Part shown: positions 56,701 through 64,000 of the stretch, piece by piece
Layout of the letters: every line of letters starts with the position of its first letter
How positions within the stretch are numbered: position 1 is the first letter of the stretch
DNA from: Spirochaetota bacterium
Lineage (GTDB): Bacteria > Spirochaetota > UBA12135 > COTS27
Length of the DNA stretch: 64,000 nt
Assembly (NCBI GenBank): GCA_965249715.1
Contig: CBDFMP010000043.1
Location: 2,771 to 66,770, forward strand
Direction: 5' to 3'
Notes under the pieces: generated by a model
Seen by the model: only the letters and a program-made list of their open reading frames with translations
Told to the model about the DNA's origin: nothing
The model's database searches: none
Position numbers and translations under genes: made by a program

Positions 56701-58245
56701 TTAAAAGAAACCCAATTTGTTTTTATCGTAGGAAATGAGCATGTTTTTATTCTGGCGATAGTGATTGAGCATCATGAGATGATTTTCTCTACCAAAGCCT
56801 GATTTTTTGTAGCCGCCAAACGGAGCATGTGCAGGATAATCGTGATAACAATTCACCCATACACGACCCGCTTTAATGGCGCGCGGCACTTGATAAAGCT
56901 CGTGAGCATCACGTGTCCAAACACCAGCGCCTAAGCCGTAAAGCGTATCGTTGGCGATGCTAATGGCTTCATCCACTGTTTTAAAGGTGGTAAGCGATGT
57001 GACCGGTCCAAAAATTTCTTCCTGAAAGATACGCATCTTATTGTCGCCTCTAAAAATGGTGGGACAAATGTAAAAACCACCGCCCAGCTCGCCTTCAAAG
57101 CTCATGGCAGAACCGCCCGTAAGCACTTCCGCGCCCTCTTTTTTGCCGATGTCAATGTAGGAAAGGATTTTTTCGTACTGATCCTGAGAGACCTGCGCGC
57201 CCATCATGGTTTCATTATTAAGCGGGTGCCCCACCTTAATGGCCTGTGTCCGTGCAATGACGCGATCAATGAATTGCTGAGCAATATCCTCATGGACAAG
57301 AATACGCGATGGACAGGTACAAACCTCGCCCTGATTCAATGCAAACATCACTGCACCTTCAATGCACTTATCGAAAAAGGCATCATCTTCATCCAAAACG
57401 GATTTAAAGAAAATATTAGGCGATTTGCCGCCCAGCTCCATTGTGACGGGGTTGAGGTTTTCAGAAGCGTACTGCATGACCAAGCGCCCAGTAGTGGTTT
57501 CACCGGTAAAAGCGACCTTGCTCACACGCGGCGACTGCGCCAATGGCTTGCCTGCCTCAGGACCAAATCCTGTGACAATATTGATGACCCCCGGCGGGAT
57601 GACATCTTTGAGCATATCCATGAGTACCAGGATACTGGCTGGTGTTTGCTCCGCGGGTTTAACGACAACCGTACAGCCTGCAGCTAATGCCGGCGCCATT
57701 TTCCAAGTAGCCATCAGCAATGGGAAATTCCAGGGAATGATCTGCCCAGCAATGCCAAGGGGTTCTTTAATATTGAGCGAGACACGATTAGCGTCCAGTT
57801 CTGTCGCCGAACCTTCTTCTGCACGAATAACCGAACCAAAATAGCGGTAGTGATCGATGCACAGCGGGAGATCGGCATTGAGCGTTTCACGGTAAGCTTT
57901 ACCATTTTCCACCGCTTCAATGCGCGCCAGATAGTCAAGGTTTTTTTCCATGACATCGGCTATTTTATGCAAGACGGCGCTGCGTTCAGCTGCGGAAGTC
58001 TTACTCCAGGTCACAAATGCCTGTTCAGCCGCATCAATGGCTTTATCAATGTCTTTTGCATTGGAACGAGCCGATTTATTGATAGTTTTCCCGTCTAAGG
58101 AGGCGACATTTTCAAAATATTCGCCATCCACTGGGGGAGTCATTTCACCGCCGATGAAATTTTCATATTTCTCAGCAAAGGGAGGACGTTCAAGATTAGC
58201 GGACGTCACCGTTGCTTGATTCAGTGTTGTCGTTTGTGTTGCCAT
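56701..58245 (-). CDS. NAD(P)-dependent aldehyde dehydrogenase
   Basis: 514 aa with IIPWNFP, a catalytic Glu context (ELGGKSP) and a catalytic Cys context (GEVCTCPSR). Confidence 0.95.
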   Translation of the reverse strand: MATQTTTLNQATVTSANLERPPFAEKYENFIGGEMTPPVDGEYFENVASLDGKTINKSARSNAKDIDKAIDAAEQAFVTWSKTSAAERSAVLHKIADVMEKNLDYLARIEAVENGKAYRETLNADLPLCIDHYRYFGSVIRAEEGSATELDANRVSLNIKEPLGIAGQIIPWNFPLLMATWKMAPALAAGCTVVVKPAEQTPASILVLMDMLKDVIPPGVINIVTGFGPEAGKPLAQSPRVSKVAFTGETTTGRLVMQYASENLNPVTMELGGKSPNIFFKSVLDEDDAFFDKCIEGAVMFALNQGEVCTCPSRILVHEDIAQQFIDRVIARTQAIKVGHPLNNETMMGAQVSQDQYEKILSYIDIGKKEGAEVLTGGSAMSFEGELGGGFYICPTIFRGDNKMRIFQEEIFGPVTSLTTFKTVDEAISIANDTLYGLGAGVWTRDAHELYQVPRAIKAGRVWVNCYHDYPAHAPFGGYKKSGFGRENHLMMLNHYRQNKNMLISYDKNKLGFF

Positions 58246-58295
58246 GTTTTTTACCTCATATATGGTATTAGAAGATTAGAGTACTTGTCAACCGC

Positions 58296-58301
58296 GCTAA
58301 G
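58296..58301 (-). promoter_or_regulatory. Possible -35 (TTGACA) of the aldehyde dehydrogenase promoter
   Basis: The minus strand reads gcggTTGACAagtactctaatcttcTAATACcatatatGAGGtaaaaaacATG. The -10 is only moderate. Confidence 0.3.
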
Positions 58302-58633
58302 CGGCAAACTGGCATCAAAGGTTGCAAACCTAAGTTTTTTCAGCTTAAGTTACTTAACATACAAGGCCAATAAACCTGACATGCAAAATGCCAAATGACA
58401 TTAGCTACTCGCTGTAAATAACTTAAACGTACTTTCTGCAACCTTATCTGTTCATTTGATTGTAGCATCGCTTCATAGAAAAAAAAAGGTTTCTAAAAAA
58501 AAATAATTGTATTTTTTTAAAGTTATTTTTTTCATCAGAAGCAGTCATCGATGCCGCTTCTCAAAGGTCTTTAACAGGTGAAATAGGTAAAAAGTGATAA
58601 AAAAATAAAAAAAAATTTAAATTGTCACACAAT

Positions 58634-60364
58634 TTAAGGCACTAGCTTAGCCACCATAAAGCCATTATAAACTTCAGCTAAGAACTGATAACCACTAAGA
58701 GCAAGGTCTGGATTGAGAAGCTGTTGCTGCCAACGTTCCCGTGTAACAAAAACGACCTGAGCATCGGCGGCTTCTGCAGTGGGAACAACTGCCAGGCGGT
58801 TTCTAAAATTGATAAAAATACTTAAATTTTCAAGGATTTGGCGTTCTTTGAAAGCGTAAAGCGATGTTTCTAAAAATTCTGGAGGAAAATAGATTTTTAA
58901 ACGCGGCAATGGAATATTGACGCGGCGCTGTACCAAACGTTCCCTTGCTGCGTCCGTTGTCACAAGCGACCATAGTGATTCTTGCCAGACATCCGCTGTA
59001 GTCAATGTTTCGCGCCCACTAAGCGGTGCAGGAAGTGTGCCGCGGGCATTAAGTGTTTCAGCATTGTAAACAATGGCAGTTTCAACCTGCTCAAAAAACA
59101 ACAGCGATGGAATTAACCGATAATCAGTGCCGACATGCGGGTATCTGAAATAATGCGGCAATATCAATGCCAAATAAATAGTATTGCCCACGTAAATAAC
59201 AGCTAACAAACGCAGAACAAGACGTTTAACTGGGGCAAGTTTCTGTTGGACATCCCACCAGCTGATAATGCCGGTGGCTAATACATATACTAAAATGCAC
59301 CAGGTAACATTGAGATAACGCAGTTCATGTGCCTGCAAGGTCAGTAAAAAACTCCCCAGTGTAACAGCGGTATAGATAAATAATTTGCGTTCCGTTCCAC
59401 CAGCTTGCTGCCAGACACAGCGCAGAAATCGGTACCAAGCGCTAAGTGCCAGCAGAAATGATGGCACCATAAACAGCAATGCCAGCCAATAACTGCCATA
59501 ATAACGCTCCAAAAAAGCTGCATAGCTGCGCCAGTTATAGCCCACCAGACGACTCACCTCATGTGAAAGCGCAATGAGATGATTGGATATTACCTTAAGA
59601 GCTTCTGCTTTCCAAGCTGTCACGTCACTTTGGAAATAAGCACGAATAATTTGAAAATTATTTTGGGCATCAAAAATCACAAACGGTACGTAAAAAAACA
59701 ATGCGCAAATTCCCCCTGCACTAAGCAGTGGGATATGCAGACGCAGTGTCTTACGCTGGTACACTAGTAAAACAAACATGCCCAAGCTTGCGAAAATTGC
59801 CATCATATGAAAGAATGGCATTATTGCGCTGAGGAAGATTAACGGAAACAATTCCTTGCTGCGCGGGGTATGGATGACATCATGCAGACAATACAAGGCA
59901 AGTGTCATCAGCAAAATTACAGGATAGGGATTCCAAAAGGTATAGGAAAATTGCAGTCCCCAAGGCGAAACACCCATTAAAAAAGCGCCGCAAAGTCCTA
60001 CACGCGCATCTCCCGACCAACGTCTGAGTGCCAGATAAAGCGCCAAACTGCTTGCCAATCCTCCCAATAACGGAAAGATGTACAACCCTAAGAGCTCAGG
60101 CCTTACAAAATTAAAACTTTTTATGGCTAAAGCGACCAGCACATTCTGCCAGGGGCCTGGTAAAAAACTCTTGCCAATGCGTGCATGTGAATAATAGCGC
60201 AACTGTTCAGCAAATTGATAAGCTTGCAGTTCATCATGAAAAGAAAAATGTCCTGCACCCAGCCCCATTGCCAGCCAATAGCTTCTAAGCGCAGCTACGC
60301 CTAAGAGCAAAATGAGCAATGCTCCACGCGGTGTAAACAAACACGCATAAACGCGTTGCACCAT
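58634..60364 (-). CDS. GT-C-type glycosyltransferase-like polytopic membrane protein (ArnT/PMT_2-like)
   Basis: 576 aa with at least 11 TM helices. The first periplasmic loop has an HDELQAYQFAEQL motif resembling the DExxY loop of ArnT/PMT-family enzymes. Assignment is tentative. Confidence 0.5.
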   Translation of the reverse strand: MVQRVYACLFTPRGALLILLLGVAALRSYWLAMGLGAGHFSFHDELQAYQFAEQLRYYSHARIGKSFLPGPWQNVLVALAIKSFNFVRPELLGLYIFPLLGGLASSLALYLALRRWSGDARVGLCGAFLMGVSPWGLQFSYTFWNPYPVILLMTLALYCLHDVIHTPRSKELFPLIFLSAIMPFFHMMAIFASLGMFVLLVYQRKTLRLHIPLLSAGGICALFFYVPFVIFDAQNNFQIIRAYFQSDVTAWKAEALKVISNHLIALSHEVSRLVGYNWRSYAAFLERYYGSYWLALLFMVPSFLLALSAWYRFLRCVWQQAGGTERKLFIYTAVTLGSFLLTLQAHELRYLNVTWCILVYVLATGIISWWDVQQKLAPVKRLVLRLLAVIYVGNTIYLALILPHYFRYPHVGTDYRLIPSLLFFEQVETAIVYNAETLNARGTLPAPLSGRETLTTADVWQESLWSLVTTDAARERLVQRRVNIPLPRLKIYFPPEFLETSLYAFKERQILENLSIFINFRNRLAVVPTAEAADAQVVFVTRERWQQQLLNPDLALSGYQFLAEVYNGFMVAKLVP

Positions 60365-60514
60365 TATTTATAGTTGAAGAAAAAAATTTAAGCTTGCCAG
60401 CCAAGTGAAAACTTGGGAGCTGGCAGAGAAGCATCTAAGCTAGTAAGGGAAGCGGATCTACTCCTGTGCCGAGGCACAATCTTTCAATCCAAAGAGAAAT
60501 AACCTTATCTCCGT

Positions 60515-62050
<1,536 letters not shown>

Positions 62051-62272
62051 TTGATTTTTAGTTTTTTCTGTGTCGGCAGTAACAGGAACATCCTGCACAC
62101 ACCTTATAAAATAAGGTACATACAAGCTGAACATTACTACTGCCAGCGCAAAGAAATTTCAAACGGTTATGTCTCGTCTTCCCTTACTTGCAAAGATCCA
62201 CACATTGCAACCAGACCAGCAAAAGAACTCCTAAAAGCTCCTCGCCGACACAGCAGGCAATGTGTAACGTAT

Positions 62273-62301
62273 ATTATAAGCTCTTTCATACTTTTTGTCA
62301 A
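62273..62301 (-). promoter_or_regulatory. Consensus sigma-70 promoter upstream of the 16S rRNA gene
   Basis: The minus strand reads TTGACA-17 nt-TATAAT exactly (gataTTGACAaaaagtatgaaagagctTATAATata), about 220 nt upstream of the mature 16S 5' end. Confidence 0.6.
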
Positions 62302-62794
62302 TATCTTAAAGAAATACATCCTTATAAATATGAAAAAAATTAACTTTGCTAAGTTATTTGCTAAAAATTGATAAATGAAATCCATATTGCCTATGCAACG
62401 CGGCAAAAGTAACAAATTTTTCAGCGACAATTTCCAATAAACTGTTGCAACCCTCACCCATAATAAAACTTAGCTGACAGCTTAGCTTGTTGAAAAATCA
62501 TAATTTCGTATAAATCACAATTTCGTGTAAAATTGTTAAACAAGTCTTCCGATACTTAAAATATAAATACCCAATACAATGGTCAACGATGGTCAAAACT
62601 TCGACATTTATAAAAAACTTGTTTGTAATAATAAAATTTTAATGACTAAATTGCATTAACTTTAACCATTCCACGGTATGATCGTGTATAGGTATATTAA
62701 CCCGTATGCAATGACATTCGTATCCTGACTCACTCAGCTAGGGTTATTGATGTCATGCATGGATTGATGATAACTTTTCTAAAGGAACATTTTT

Positions 62795-63700
62795 ATGAAT
62801 ATTTTATTATTACCTCTGGCAACTTTCCTACGCGTTTGTTTATGGACACTTGCTGCATGTTATTTTTCGTTCATCGTAGCCTGTGCCAGCGACAAGTCTT
62901 TAAAGAAGACCTCTACTTCCAAAAAAACCTTAGAAACGATAACTCAGCCCCAAACCACTGTGCGATCGCAGCCCCAACCTGCTGAGCAACCGCCAGCACT
63001 GCAAACAAAAGAAGCGAAAGCCACCGCACCTGCTATCAACAAACAAATTAATTCCGCAACAAAACCCAAGAGCAGAAAACTTGTGACTGGGAATTCAGAC
63101 AGTTCAAAAATTGGACAGGTGCGCGCAGCTTACCAAAACGGAGCTTTCAATGAAGTTCTCTCACTCACAGTAAATTCCACCGACCCTGCCGTGCAATACT
63201 ACCGTGCCATGACACGTTTTGCAATGATGGGCTACAAACATCACTTCGCCAGCAAACAGCTGCACAGCTATCGCGACGAGACCATTGAACTGCTTTCAAG
63301 CGTGATTGATAACCCAAGTACAACAGCGGACCTGCACACGCGCGCACGTCTCTGGTTAGCCGTAGCCTTAGACCTCAACTATACAGCTTGGAAGAACAAA
63401 AACGAAGCACTTGTCATCCTGCGTGAAGTTAAAAACGATAAGCGGACCAAGGCTAATTACTACAACGATGCACTCATGTATGAAGCTGAGCTTTATGCCC
63501 GCATGGGACACTATCCAAAAGCACGCAGATTGTACAAACAACTAGCCAAAACTCCATACACTAACGACCCTGTTTATGACTACGTCCGTAAACGGCACGA
63601 AACCGCAAGTGTTGCAGCAGCTAACGGTTTGACGCGCCTTCAGCGTTACATGGATGGAACACATTCTGAGTACAAAACACAAACAAGCAACGGCGGCTAA
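62795..63700 (+). CDS. Putative lipoprotein with TPR-like helical repeats
   Basis: 301 aa with a signal peptide ending in the lipobox-like FIVAC/ASD, a low-complexity linker, then helical repeat-like sequence (YYNDALMYEAELYARMGHYPKARRLYKQLA). Confidence 0.5.
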   Translation: MNILLLPLATFLRVCLWTLAACYFSFIVACASDKSLKKTSTSKKTLETITQPQTTVRSQPQPAEQPPALQTKEAKATAPAINKQINSATKPKSRKLVTGNSDSSKIGQVRAAYQNGAFNEVLSLTVNSTDPAVQYYRAMTRFAMMGYKHHFASKQLHSYRDETIELLSSVIDNPSTTADLHTRARLWLAVALDLNYTAWKNKNEALVILREVKNDKRTKANYYNDALMYEAELYARMGHYPKARRLYKQLAKTPYTNDPVYDYVRKRHETASVAAANGLTRLQRYMDGTHSEYKTQTSNGG

Positions 63701-63903
63701 AACACACAGCGACGGCTAGGCTGGCTAGGCTGCTAAAATACAGCAACCACAGTGCTCAAGAAGTTCCAGTCTTACTCAACTGATATGGGAACGAGCCTCG
63801 CCAACCGTCGCATAACCCCGTGGGACAATGGGGAAGGGGGCGCGCGCTGCTGCCGCACACGACGTTCAGCGGTTGTTTAGGCTTGCCTGCACTGAAATTG
63901 GGC

Positions 63904-64000
63904 TTATGCAGCGGGTTTCAAGCTGCGAAGATCGCGCACCAACGTCATTAATTTCTGCGTAACCGCTTCTGTAATAACAAGGCCTTTTGCCTTTGAAGCA
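63904..64000 (-). CDS. 3' end of an unidentified gene running off the window end
   Basis: The open minus-strand frame ...ASKAKGLVITEAVTQKLMTLVRDLRSLKPAA* ends at a stop at 63904-63906. It is too short to identify. Confidence 0.3.
   Translation of the reverse strand, partial: ASKAKGLVITEAVTQKLMTLVRDLRSLKPAA

Noticed and set aside
58340-58370. Sigma-54-like string tggcattttgcatg upstream of the aldehyde dehydrogenase
   Set aside because: The GG and GC dinucleotides are only 6 nt apart instead of the required 10, so it does not fit the -24/-12 geometry.

Overview
64-kb chromosomal window from a flagellated, diderm bacterium. The motA-motB-fliL-fliM order and several 16S strings look spirochaete-like to me, but that is inference from memory, not a search. 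There are about 45 protein genes, mostly minus-strand housekeeping: fliM (partial), fliL, motB, motA, cca, map, accB, accC, scpB, rho, an RND pump, fmt, fabH, ung, prfA, rsgA, an ADP-heptose pathway fusion, gatB, gatA, and aldehyde dehydrogenase with DUF779. There is also one tRNA-Pro(UGG) and a solitary, sequence-divergent 16S rRNA gene with no 23S/5S in the 60 kb downstream of it. Two visibly AT-rich islands (about 5.06-9.9 kb and 54.0-56.1 kb) hold only decayed accessory genes: a pentapeptide-repeat gene, type I hsdM/hsdS, and two DNA methyltransferases flanking an HNH ORF. The most unusual signal is a recurrent class of tandem segmental duplications that straddle gene boundaries. They occur at cca/OM-protein (16.8-17.9 kb, 3 copies), antiporter/map (24.0-25.1 kb, exactly 3 x 371 bp), fmt/RND pump (38.0-38.9 kb, 2 copies), prfA/rsgA (46.2-47.1 kb, 2 copies) and a 3 x 26 bp mini-version at 47.53-47.61 kb. 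Each leaves one intact gene at each outer edge, with diverged decoy starts, gene tails and chimeric small ORFs inside. Junctions sit at short microhomologies, and no transposase, integrase or inverted repeats are present. Two otherwise well-conserved housekeeping homologues carry substitutions at textbook catalytic or modification residues. The signal peptidase I homologue has Ser->Gly and Lys->Arg at the dyad, and the BCCP has His at the biotinyl-lysine position. I saw no CRISPR array, intact mobile element, prophage or recognisable intact defence system.
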